A DNA stretch of 64,000 nt from Harriotta raleighana (Eukaryota): the NCBI GenBank assembly GCA_050575255.1, contig JBNZDD010013588.1, forward strand, positions 745,545-809,544, read 5' to 3'. The notes beneath the pieces were generated by a model. The model saw nothing but the letters and a program-made list of their open reading frames with translations. It was not told the DNA's origin and ran no database searches. Positions within the stretch are counted from its first letter, which is position 1. Every line of letters begins with the position of its first letter. The position numbers and the translations under genes are program-made. Positions 36,585-48,673 of the stretch are shown here, piece after piece.

Positions 36585-36617
36585 CAGGGTGTAATTGAGG
36601 CGACTGAAAATCTTCAT
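36585..36617 (-). CDS. ACAP3: Candidate alternative first coding exon of ACAP3 (MKIFSRLNYTL)
   Basis: aaaATG AAG ATT TTC AGT CGC CTC AAT TAC ACC CTG|gtaagt: A at -3, consensus donor, phase 0 in frame with the 34341 exon. Confidence 0.55.
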
Positions 36618-39600
36618 TTTTAGACTGTTTAAATGAGCGTCCGCGGTGCAGAACACAAATTAAGTCCCAAATAAGGGGCCGGGAGAGAGAGAGAGAGAGA
36701 GACAGAGAGAGAGTACGATAGAGACTTGAACGAGAGAGAGAGAGAGAGAGCGTTTGCTGGCTTCTTCAGTGATGCGACATCTCGGGGGTTTTGGATTTCA
36801 AGCCCTCAACCCGAGTTGAGCATCAACGAGTCTTTTAACCCGCAGCAGCTAAAAACCCTACTCCTTCCCTTTTCTCACTCCTCCTCTCCCCACACTGTTT
36901 CACCTGGGGTGGGAGTGGGGGTGGGTGAGGGGGGGGGGCTCTATAATGAACGCAGCCTGCACTCCGAACCGACCGATCGACCATCAACCTCCTCCGAATG
37001 CCGTTGCTTACAGAATGAATAATCTCCTCTCTCCTGCTCCTGCCTCTCTGTCCCTTTCAACAGCAGCTCATTTACATGCAGCTGCCAGTCCCTCCTGGGC
37101 CCATGGGAACAAAGTCATGTTCCCCCCCCCCCCCCCTCCTCCCTCCCCTCTCCTGCTTTCACTCACTCTCGCGCTCTCTCTCTCTCACGCTTTCTCTGAC
37201 TATTTCTTCCCACTTCAACAATGCCTCTCACTGAAAGGGAGATGGGTCATCCTCTCCCCCCACCTAACCCATTCCCCCACCCAACCTACTCTCCCCCAAC
37301 CCCTCTACCCTCCATCTCAGCGTCTCGCTCAAGTGAGCAGCTCAAACCCTTATCTGTCAACCTAAAGGGGAAAAGCGCTATATATATATATCTCAATACA
37401 ATTTGTTGTTGCTGCTGTTGAAAGCAATCCCTCTTGATTTTGAGAGCAACACAGGTGTGAGGGAGGGGGTAATGGGGGGGGGGGGGGGGGGGGGGGGGGN
37501 NNNNNGGGGGGGGGGGGGGGGGAGAGAGAAGGGGGAGCTTTAAAATGACTTCATACACATTCTGCAATGACTGGTCGGAATAGGTTCTCGACAGGACCAC
37601 CCCTCCACTCCCCCAATCCCCCTCTCCACCCATGGTGAGGGAGCGGGATTGGACAAGGAGGGAAATATGCTCACTCACAGCTCCATCCAAAGGCATTTTA
37701 TAACATCCAAAGCTCCATCTGTCTCATAATGTTCACGGATTCCTGTTCAACCAAGCGTAGGGCAAGCTTTCTTTCACTAATCTTCACCCCCCCCACCCCC
37801 CCGCACACACATATATATACACACACACCAATCCCCTCTCCCTCCACCCATTTACACTTTCTTGCTAAGGAAAAGATTCACCCCCCACCACCCAAAACAA
37901 CATCAACCTCACAAATGACCCGGCAATGAACAGAGGGGGCACAGAAATCTCGATACTTGTTCCTCACACAAGAAAAAGCATCACTTCTTGCTCCTCAATC
38001 CCACCCCCCCACCCCACCACATCAATGAGAAACATAAATATATGTTTTGCTGAGTTCAGTCACAAAGTGGAAACCGCCACAGGTTTCTTAACAAGAACCA
38101 CCACGAGAACCAGATCTTGATTGGATATCGCACTTCAGGAATGGGGTACATTTCGTAAGGTCACCCATTCGCACCACCCCCCACCCCCACAACAACAAAA
38201 ACAACTTGCATTTATGGAGCGCCCACCACCCAAGGCGGCTTCACAAATGGTGGAGCCCGAGGCCGAGCCAAGGGGAGGGGGGGATGGTGACCGTAAACGC
38301 GGTCGAAGAAAGGAACAACCTGAGGATGGGGGGGTGGGGGGGGTGAAGGGGTTGAGGGAAGTACCCAAATACCATCACCCCAATCACCCGTCTCCCTGTC
38401 TAATCACCCTAATCTCAACTCGCTGCCCTCCCCGGGCTCCACTCCACCAGGCCTTTTTTTTGAGACCTACAGAAAATAGGTTTCCGAATTAAGGATGAAC
38501 TGAAATGTCTTTCCACTGTTCTAAGGATTTGTGACATTGGTAACATAAAATGAGTGTGACGGGAAGAGAGTGTGGGGGAATTTCAGACCCTGTGGAAGGG
38601 GGGGGGGGGTGAAGAGTTGGGAGAGGGCAACTGAAGAGTGATCCCTGTTCAGCCTCGGCTGTTAGAGCCTTGTTGTTTTTTCACTAAGGAAATAGAGAGA
38701 CAATGGAGGAGAACAGCAGGAGAGTTATACAGGGAAGGTAATGGTGTGTGTCAGCAGCGAAGTGGGGGCTGGGGGGGCGGGGGGGAGGGGAAGGGGAGGT
38801 CTGACAAAGAGGGGGACGGAAAAAAAATATACAAAAGACAGCAGATGTTCCCTGGAGAAAGGAAATAAAGTGAAATATTGGCCAACGAGAGAGGAGACAG
38901 GATGTGATTGAGGAAGGGGGGGGGTGGGAGGGAGGGGGGTAAAAAGCATTACATATTGGTTACAGAGTGGGGGAGCTTTAAATAATAAATTCCTACACAG
39001 GCACTAACGCTGCTGCTTTTCATCAGGTAGAGCCCTTAGGTTCTGTTATAATGTCGATGTGGCAGTCTTTGGGGAGAGGAGGGAGAGGGGAGAGGAGGGG
39101 GGTGTGACAATCTAAGGGGCTCCCATTATTCCTGGCCAAGATTTTATGGCCAACAAACTAAATTTTCTTCCATTGAATATTTATCGATTCATTATTTGTA
39201 ATGAAAACAATCTAATAATTCTTGCATTTGATAGAACGGCTTCTCACGTCCTCTAGACGTGTCGAAGCGCTTCACATAATATACTGTAAAGTGAATTGAC
39301 TGTGTATTTGTGGACGGGGCTGGTGACAATCTAAGGGGCTCCCTATTTTTCCAAACATTGTCTAGAATTGGAATGTACAAAGTCACATCAACGAGAGGGA
39401 ACTGACTGATATTTCATTGCCTTGTTGTTGGTATGGAGTTGCTTACATAATGAAAATAGCCTCGAGAGAGAGAGAGAGAGAGAGAGAGAGTGTGTGTGTG
39501 TGGTGTGTACGTGCGTTTGACAAGTTATATAAGCTCACTGCAGGATCATGTCGCTCTCAAGTTTTAAGCCTGGTTGAGATATCGAGACAGGCGTTTTAAT

Positions 39601-42600
39601 AATAAAAAATCCTTCCTGTGATCTTTAACCGGAGCTGACATAATCACCCCCCCCAACCCATCACTTCTCTTCCAACACTTGCGGAGTGCAGCTGAGTTGA
39701 GAATGGCATCAGAACAGGATCAGTGCCCGTTAAGTCTTCTCTGGGTTAATGATGGTTCGCCACATAGACACAGATAAATCTGCGGGTTTGCACTTGAAGC
39801 TTAGTGCAGACTGTGACTAAGGCACAACACAGGGGGCTCGAAGCGGCGTGTTATCCGGATGTGAAAGCCGCTGTACAAGTGTAATTCTGTTGTTGTTATC
39901 TCTCTCAATATCCCCCCCACCTCCCCCATATTTAACTAAGATATCTCACATGGCAGGATGAGGGTATTCAACGTTCTCTCTCAATCCCTCCTCTTTACCC
40001 CCACTCCCCCCGCCCAACCTCACCACCACCACCCCACACTTTCCCTCGCTGTCTTCAGGTCTTAGGTGAGCACCAAAGTCAATTTGCACACAGTATGACA
40101 TCCCTCGCAAACAGCAGTCGTGAAGTGAACGACCGATTTTATCTGGGGGATTGTCGACCAGTAGACCAGGAGAGAGAGAGAAACTCCCTTCTGCTTTTGA
40201 AGAGCGCATCATTGAAAGACCGAGCTACTATTGAATTATGTTCAGCTCTTAATTTTTTTTTATTGATTGGGGCACATTTGTATCCAGCCTTCAATAGGAG
40301 CCATAAAACACTCAAGGTTTCAAGCAGCCGCTGAGACATCCTCTGAGACAGGAGAACTGCTCATGTTCACACTCAGCGTTTCCCTTTGCTTCCACACACC
40401 TTGCCTGCTGCGTGTGTGATACATCCAACTGCCTCTCACCCCTCCCCTGCTCTCCCAGCCATCCGACCTGAAAGCTGCTATACACCTACAAGCTGTGGTT
40501 AACAAATGCGTCTTTTCCACAGTGACTCAAAGTGTGCGCTGATACAAGGGAGGGAGCTGCGGCAGTGACTCAGTGAGGCAGAGCCATCAAACCATCTGTG
40601 GCTGATGCAGTTAACAGGGCAACGAGCAGGAACTGGCCGATAATTCGGAGCCGATCTGGAGAGATCTGGAAAATCTCAAGGTGTCCTGAGTCAGGCAAAT
40701 GTTCTCTCGCTCTCCGCAGCCCGCCGAGCAGTAACCAGGAGGCAATCTGGTCCATTCACCCAACCATCAAAAAAAAACAAAAAAAACGAAAGCACATGGG
40801 ATCCTCGTGAATGAAATATGGGGTTGGTTGGCTGGATTGGAAGAGGGATTGCGAGGGATTGCCTGGGAGTGAGTGAGCACAAAGGCTTGATAATAATAAT
40901 ATTAATACCAATAATACTAATAATAATCCTTGCATTTGACATAGCGCTTTTTCACGTCTTCTAGACTGTGTCTCCAAGCGTTTCGCAGAATAGACTGTAA
41001 AGTGAATCGACTGTATGTTTGTGGGCGAAAAAAAAGATCTCACAGATCTTTAAGCTAGTCTTCGCGTGTGTGTGCGCGCGCGTGCGTAACAGAGCACATC
41101 GGGGCGCTCTCCGAAAGCTGCGGGTGACCTTATCAGGGCGTGTGTTGGTGTGAGAGCGTGACTCTGACTTGTTGTGAAGGGAGCGTCCACGGAAAAAGAG
41201 CGCGGGCACCACCTCCTATGTGCGGAGAAGAAACTTACTGTGGACTGTGGAATAGTATTTTTTTTCAATTGGAAAAAGGAGTAGTTTTTCGTGGGGGTTT
41301 TTTTTTCGGGGGGGGGGGATGGAGGGAGGGGGGATAAAACCCCCAAATCAATTTCTGAATAAATATACATTTTCAAAAAAAAATCAAAAAAATCTTGAAG
41401 TGAATTCTCCAAAAGCAATCTCTAGACACTAATAATAAGAATAANTTTTTTTTAAAAAAAAATCTTGAAGTTAATTCTCCAAAAGCAATCTCTAGACACT
41501 AATAATAAGAATAAGAATAATCNAAAAAAATCAAAAAAATCTTGAAGTGAATTCTCCAAAAGCAATCTCTAGACACTAATAATAAGAATAAGAATAATCC
41601 TCGCATTTGAAATGGAGCTTTTCACGTCTTCTAGACGTCTGAAAGCTCTTCAGCGGAATATATTGTAAAGCGAATTGACTTGACTTGTGTATTTGTGAAG
41701 TGAGCAAGTTTTTGTATTTTTAATGGGGAGGTGGGAGGATGGGGGGGGTGGTGGGAGGGTGTTGGGAGATTATCAGGCTTCTCATTCACCGGGCTTTGCT
41801 GTGATAACACAGGAATTATTATTGGATTAAAGTATAGAAAAACATAAATATCTCCTCTGTCTCTGCTGATAATTTCAGTACATATTAAATAGGAACATGT
41901 TAAATTACCGTATTAAACATTAATAGAAACATGGAACATGGAAAAACATTCATAGCCCTGGAGGATGGCGAGATACAATAATCCAAACAATAGATCTTTG
42001 CTCATGTACAAAGACCCTCACTCACCCGCCCCTCCCTATCTCTCCCCCCATCCCTAGCTCTCCCCTCCCCCCACCCCCAACCACCCCACCCCCAACCACC
42101 CCACCCGCCGCGCACACCCACTCACAATTGGAGGTCAAAGAGACGTGAAATCAAACTGATTAGCAGAACTGTAGAGAGAGAGAGAGAGAATGATCTCATC
42201 GCTAACACAGGCAGTGATTTCCCCGAGGACACTGTAGAGGCTGAGGTGTTTGGGTGTCAAGCCGCCCATCCCTTTTGACTACATTAATGCAGGCATTAGG
42301 TAATGCGGCTTATGTGACCAGCCTGTTTCTAAGGAAACTGCGAGCTTTTCTGATCCACTCGAGACNATAGAGGCTGAGGTGTTTGGGTGTCAAGCCGCCC
42401 ATCCCTTTTGACTACATTAATGCAGGCATTAGGTAATGCGGCTTATGCGACCAGCCTGTTTCTAAGGAAACTGCGAGCTTTTCTGATCCACTCGAGACTG
42501 AAAGGGCAAGAGGAACAAATCAATGTCTGGGGAGCCGTGCACACAAGGCTGGGAGCAGAGTGAATTTATTTGGGTGATTTTGGAACCCAGGACGCAGATT

Positions 42601-43149
42601 GCTTGGCACAGAGGACCAGAGTGAGATGGGTGGGGGGGGGTCGTCGAGCGAGGGGGGGGGGGGGGTCACAGTGATAGATAGAGGAGATCGACCAGTGAGG
42701 CTGGTCACAGTGTTAAAGGTAGAGCAGAGCAATGAGGGAGACAGTGTTGGGAGACAGTGTTGGAGAGCAACAAAGCGTTAAACTTATCTCTAATCCTAAT
42801 AAACCCCTTTAAGCCACGGGGCGGCTGGCAGTGGTGATAAGTGTTGAACTGGGAACTTGCTTTTACTCAGGTGCCTTTGTTACGCGACAAAGAAACTGTA
42901 CAGAGACATTCAGAACCAATACACATACCTGTAACAGAGTCTGGGGTCGTTCNCTGATTCCCCAGTGTTGGGAGACAGTGTTGGAGAGCAACAAAGCGTT
43001 AAACTTATCTCTAATCCTAATAAACCCCTTTAAGCCACGGGGCGGCTGGCAGTGGTGATAAGTGTTGAACTGGGAACTTGCTTTTACTCAGGTGCCTTTG
43101 TTACGCGACAAAGAAACTGTACAGAGACATTCAGAACCAATACACATAC

Positions 43150-43161
43150 CTGTAACAGAGT
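43150..43161 (-). CDS. ACAP3: ACAP3 12-nt microexon (TLLQ); an artefactual second copy sits at 42929-42940
   Basis: cccag|ACT CTG TTA CAG|gtatgt. Restores IQQR-TLLQ-DFSYD as in human ACAP3. Confidence 0.88.
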
Positions 43162-44370
43162 CTGGGGTCGTTCAGTCCAAGAACAGCAGAGAGATCCCGG
43201 GGAGGGAGGGAGGGAAGGAGAGAGCGAGAAAGAAGAGAGAAGAGGTATGAGTACATTTTCTCATTTTGTCAGTTCCATTCACTCCTTACTCTTCAATGTA
43301 CAATTAATTTATTAATACAGCAGCTTTCATGTCGGGAAAATGTCTCAAAAGCACTTCCCACGAGTGGTGGACTTGAAGGGCAGTCACGGGGCAGGCACCA
43401 GGAAGTATTCCTTTACCCCGAAAATCCGTCAGAAAACTAGAACCGCTGTCGAGGTTTGCCAAAGGGCAAATTTTGGCCTGTTTCCTCTGGTCCAGAACAG
43501 ATGAACCAGAGGAAAACACAGCCTGGGGTTGACGTGGGTGGGTGGGGGGTGAAATTCAAATAAAATCCGCGGAAACATCATTTCGGTGAGCGAGTGATAA
43601 ATCTATGGAACAGCCTCCCAAGAGAGAGAGACGATGGAAGGAGAAAAAGTGTCAGATTCTTTCCATTAAGAAAGAGGTCACTGCCACATCAGCATCTCTG
43701 CCCCCTAGCTCCCCCACCCCCACCCCACACCCAACTCTCTAACCCGCAATCTCTCCACCTCTCCCCCTCTTTTACCGCTTTCAAGTCCCTTCTAAAGACC
43801 TCCCTCTTCGACCTTAGGACCTAAACCCTGATTGTCTAGTGAGCCCTGAGATCACTTTCCAACATGAAGTGTGAGAGTGTAATTTGTGGTTGTTGTTGTT
43901 GTTGTTGGGGGGGGGGGGGGTTAAGAAGGGAGGACGACGGGGTGGTTGTTATGGAAGGAGAATCGGGCGAGTTGTGGGGATCTTCCTCACCCAAATATCT
44001 CCATGTACCATGTGGGGAAATGCGTCACCGAGACAGAGGGAGAGACAGAGGTTGGTGAGCGATCCCATTCTTCTGACACCTCTCAGGTCTCGCCCATCTG
44101 CCTCTTGATCAAGAGAGACTCAACAGAGGTTTCTGCACTGTGAAAGACACTATCTGCTCTCAATCACAGTGCCAAACCTTATCGGAGGCTCATATCCATA
44201 TGAATGGGCCTTGGCGCTTGTCCGTCCCCTGCTCTAACAACCCAGAAGCTTCTTTTTAATGGAGAAGAGAGTTGTCAACCATCTGTCAGAGTTGGATTGA
44301 AGGCAGCCTCATCGGGAGCTGGAGCTAGGAATTTCACCAGATGTGTGCGTGTGTCCGTGATAGAGAGAGA

Positions 44371-44409
<39 letters not shown>

Positions 44410-44848
44410 CATAGAGACAGACAAGACAGAGCTTTCCACGCGTGCGTGTGAGTGTCAATGTATGACCGAGTGTGCAAAAACAGCGCTGTGCTTGTGTATG
44501 TATGTGCAAGAGAGAGTGTGTGTGTGCACGTGGCAGAGACACAGACAGACAGACAGACAATCAACAACAACAACAACATGACACTTGTATAGTGCCTTTT
44601 ATGCCAGGAGGACGTCCCAGACAGACAGACAGACAGACAGACAAGAAAGCGCCATGCATGTGCGTGTGTCCGCGAAAAGTGACCCAAACAGAGGGAGAAA
44701 CAGTGAGCTGGCTGTATTTCTAAGGGAACCTTTTACCCCAACCCCTTGCCCCGCCTCCCCCAAGGTGAAGTGCCTCCCCCTTCCCCAGTAGTGGTGGGTC
44801 CCTATTGCCCGGAGTCTTAACAATTCTTCCATGTGCTGTGTGGCTTAC

Positions 44849-44923
44849 CCGTTGCTGAATGAGAGCGTGTTTGTGTTCCATTTCCCTCTTCTCCACCGCT
44901 GAATCGATCACCAGCTGATCCAA
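44849..44923 (-). CDS. ACAP3: ACAP3 exon (end of BAR domain)
   Basis: ttcag|TTGGAT...CGG|gtaag. Encodes LDQLVIDSAVEKREMEHKHALIQQR. Confidence 0.95.
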
Positions 44924-45667
44924 CTGAAACAATGGGGTTACACAATAGTGTGTTTGATTCACGAAAACCTTGTGGAGGAGTGGGGGGGTTGTGGGGGGGT
45001 GGGGGGAGAGGAGATTTAATGGATGGGTTCGAATCTACGAGGTGTAGGTCGTGAGAGACTGGGAGGGTGGCTTGGTAACCAGAGATTTGAGATAATCGGT
45101 AAAAGCAGCAGGGAGTTCAAGAGGACCAGGAGAGAAATTCTATGATTTTTTTAACTCATTTNGGGGTTACACAATAGTGTGTTTGATTCACGAAAACCTT
45201 GTGGAGGAGTGGGGGGGGTGTGGGGGGGTGGGGGGGAGAGGAGATTTAATGGATGGGTTCGAATCTACGAGGTGTAGGTCGTGAGAGACTGGGAGGGTGG
45301 CTTGGTAACCAGAGATTTGAGATAATCGGTAAAAGCAGCAGGGAGTTCAAGAGGACCAGGAGAGAAATTCTATGATTTTTTTAACTCATTTGAATCACTC
45401 AAACCGCGACTGTTTGTGGTTCGGGAAATTGGCGGCCGCGTTTCGCTCACAAAGTATGCAATAATAATATTAATAATAATCCTTGCATTCGATGGAGCGC
45501 TCTTCACGTCTTCGAGATGTCTCAAAAGCGCTTCGCAGAATGTACTGTAAAGTGAATTGACTGTATATATTTTGNTGCATTCGATAGAGCGCTTTTCACG
45601 TCTTCGAGATGTCTCAAAGCGCTTCACAGAATGTACTGTAAAGTGAACTGACTGTGTATATTTTGTN

Positions 45668-45700
<33 letters not shown>

Positions 45701-46455
45701 ACACACATAGACAGTCGCGGATTGAAATGACCAATTTATTATTGGGTTGTTTTTGAGGGACTATTATTAGAAATTACGATTCAGAGGCACTTTGGGTAGG
45801 ATAGCGTTTCACAGCGCTCTGCAGCGACAGAATCAAGACACAGAGTGGAGGGAGGAGGAAGACAGGGCGTGGTGCCCGGCAGAAGCATACACCAAACCTC
45901 TTCATTGTCCCCCGTTGAAGGAATAATCTTTTACCTCTGCTTCGAATGGCGTTTCTGTCGCCGTGAGCTTCGGAGGCTATCCTCCGCGGCAGATTTTTTA
46001 TTGCCACGCCAGACGTGTCCTTATATCCAAAAGGTCACTTTCTGCCTAAAGTGCTGGAGTCATTCGGCTGTGAATCTTTCCTCTCTCTGCTTAATAGTGA
46101 GTGCACTGACCTCCTTGCGTTCCAAATCCTGGCAAATCGCAAACTCCCCCCCCCCCGCCCACCCACTCCCCCCCACCCCGCCCACCCACTCCCCACCCCC
46201 CCCACCACCCCAGTTTCTTTCCGACGTTTACCTAGAATTGCACAGAATCCGCAGCACTCAAAACAGTCCAAATGTCCACACCAAATGCTCCTGGCCAGTT
46301 CTTATATCCTACCCTACACACTTATGTAAGGCGTTATATAACGCAGGCTCCTCTCTCTGCGAAAGCAAGAGATATTCGGAGACTGTATTGAAGGAGGTCT
46401 CGCTCGTTTGTTCGTTCATGCGTTCGCTCATTTGCTCGTTCACTCGCTCACTCAC

Positions 46456-46551
46456 CTCTGTTGCTAACTTTCTCATGTAAGGATCCAACTCATTTAGCAA
46501 GTCGTAGCCTTGCTTGAAGAACGTGTACTGGGCTTGCATAAAGGACAGCAT
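46456..46551 (-). CDS. ACAP3: ACAP3 BAR exon
   Basis: aacag|ATGCTG...GAG|gtgag. Encodes MLSFMQAQYTFFKQGYDLLNELDPYMRKLATE. Confidence 0.95.
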
Positions 46552-46666
46552 CTGTTGTAGTGGGGGGGGGAGATGAGGAACAAGGTACAAGAGTGAGAGT
46601 TAGCCCCCTGAGGGATTGGCACGTTCCCCCACCCGCTCCTGCCTCTCTCCCCTCCCACCTCCCCTT

Positions 46667-47325
46667 NNNNNNNNNNNNNNNNNNNNNNNNNNNNNNNNNN
46701 NNNNNNNNNNNNNNNNNNNNNNNNNNNNNNNNNNNNNNNNNNNNNNNNNNNNNNNNNNNNNNNNNNNNNNNNNNNNNNNNNNNNNNNNNNNNNNNNNNNN
46801 NNNNNNNNNNNNNNNNNNNNNNNNNNNNNNNNNNNNNNNNNNNNNNNNNNNNNNNNNNNNNNNNNNNNNNNNNNNNNNNNNNNNNNNNNNNNNNNNNNNN
46901 NNNNNNNNNNNNNNNNNNNNNNNNNNNNNNNNNNNNNNNNNNNNNNNNNNNNNNNNNNNNNNNNNNNNNNNNNNNNNNNNNNNNNNNNNNNNNNNNNNNN
47001 NNNNNNNNNNNNNNNNNNNNNNNNNNNNNNNNNNNNNNNNNNNNNNNNNNNNNNNNNNNNNNNNNNNNNNNNNNNNNNNNNNNNNNNNNNNNNNNNNNNN
47101 NNNNNNNNNNNNNNNNNNNNNNNNNNNNNNNNNNNNNNNNNNNNNNNNNNNNNNNNNNNNNNNNNNNNNNNNNNNNNNNNNNNNNNNNNNNNNNNNNNNN
47201 NNNNNNNNNNNNNNNNNNNNNNNNNNNNNNNNNNNNNNNNNNNNNNNNNNNNNNNNNNNNNNNNNNNNNNNNNNNNNNNNNNNNNNNNNNNNNNNNNNNN
47301 NNNNNNNNNNNNNNNNNNNNNNNNN
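46667..47325. other. Assembly gap (659 N)
   Basis: Run of N flanked by C-rich and G-rich sequence. Confidence 0.99.
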
Positions 47326-47719
47326 GGGGGGGGGGGGGAGTGATGTATGGGTGACCTCTGGTTGGTGTCCAGTTGTAGTTGCATCCATTTCTCGCTCGCT
47401 CTCTCAGTGGCTGTTGGGAGGGAACGTGGCTGTGGGCAAACACACAGTCACTACACATCGCAGGGTCTAGTGCGAAATGCATTAGGTGGGGTGGGGGGAG
47501 GGGCAATGGTGGGAGTGCTCCACACGTAAAGGCATTGGGTCAAATGCAAGGCTTATATTAATAATAATAATCCTTGCATTTGACATATCGCTTTACTATG
47601 TCAAAAGGAAATAAATGTAAAGTGACTGTTGGCTATTGCGTGTTTCTTCGTCTCTCCTCCAACACTCCACACCCACCCCCACCACCCACCCACACCTCCG
47701 CCTGGTTTCCTCCACTCAC

Positions 47720-47903
47720 CTGAAGGACGTAATCCAGAGCCAGGTGTCGGAAACACTTGCGTGTCATGGTCAACACTCCCGTGGCCTCCTCCACCTCGTG
47801 GGTCTTGCTCCTCGTGGCTTGAGCGTTCTTCACCAGGGCCAGATCCATGTCTTCCCGAACCTTGTCAAACTGCTTCTTCGTCTCCTTAAACTTCCGCACA
47901 TCC
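47720..47903 (-). CDS. ACAP3: ACAP3 BAR exon
   Basis: tgcag|GGATGTG...CAG|gtgag. Encodes DVRKFKETKKQFDKVREDMDLALVKNAQA...CFRHLALDYVLQ. Confidence 0.96.
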
Positions 47904-48614
47904 CTGCACCCCGAGGTGGTGGTCAGGTGGTGAGTGGGGAGGGTGGTGGTGAGGGTGAGGGGGAGGAGAGAGGGCGAGTGGAGAGGTGGGCGAGTCAAAC
48001 CACAATGAACCAAAGTTCCTCTCGCTCTCCCCTTCTCCCCCCATACCCGACCCTACATCTCTCCCCGCAAAACGTTGCGACGCATGTGAGACAACCGCTA
48101 TTGCCCTGGTGTGTTGAAGAGATCGAGGGAACTGGGAGATTGGGTGGGGAGTGAGGGCGGGAGTAAGCGAGGAGAAAGGGTAGCGTTCCTTTCAGATAAG
48201 GCCAGTGGAGGGATGGGAGGGGAGAGGAGAGGTGTGTCTGCAGGTGACCAAAGACCCGATGAAAGAGCAGGTGTTAAAATGGGGCTCGAACACGGGAAGG
48301 GAAAGGAGAGAGAAAGAAGGAGGGAGCTCTTAAGAGGAGGTTGAACACTGGCTCATGGATAGTGGGCTTGCTATCAATTCATTAGTGACTAAATTTAAGG
48401 GACCACTTTTTTTTTGGAGGGATTATTACCCCCCACTCACCACCCCCCCCAGAAGAACAGCCGGGTTCCTACTTAATCCCAGGTAAAACAAGAGCCATTA
48501 AGGAAACTTGCCCAAGATTTCACCCTCCCACCCGGCCAGGAATCGAACCTGGTATCCCTTGCTCGTGACGTGAGCGCGTTAATCATCAGTGTGTCTTTCA
48601 GGGGTGAGACTTAC

Positions 48615-48673
48615 TCCTTCACAAAGTTGTGCAGCTGCATCCGTACGGATCTTTGCGCCTGATCGAAGAGAAT
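48615..48673 (-). CDS. ACAP3: ACAP3 BAR exon
   Basis: tccag|ATTCTC...AAGGA|gtaag. Encodes ILFDQAQRSVRMQLHNFVKE. Confidence 0.95.

Noticed and set aside
37557-37568. Possible second 12-nt microexon on - (cag|TCATTGCAGAAT|gtgtat, approximate position)
   Set aside because: Weak donor, poor pyrimidine tract, and no counterpart in recalled ACAP proteins.
42745-43172. Apparent tandem duplication of the TLLQ microexon (42929-42940 and 43150-43161)
   Set aside because: The two copies of about 210 bp are identical and separated by a single n at 42953, the signature of unmerged overlapping contig ends. Only the second copy has its full upstream intron context.
46490-47506. Long ORFs of 260-340 aa in the ORF track
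   Set aside because: Composed almost entirely of N-derived X residues.
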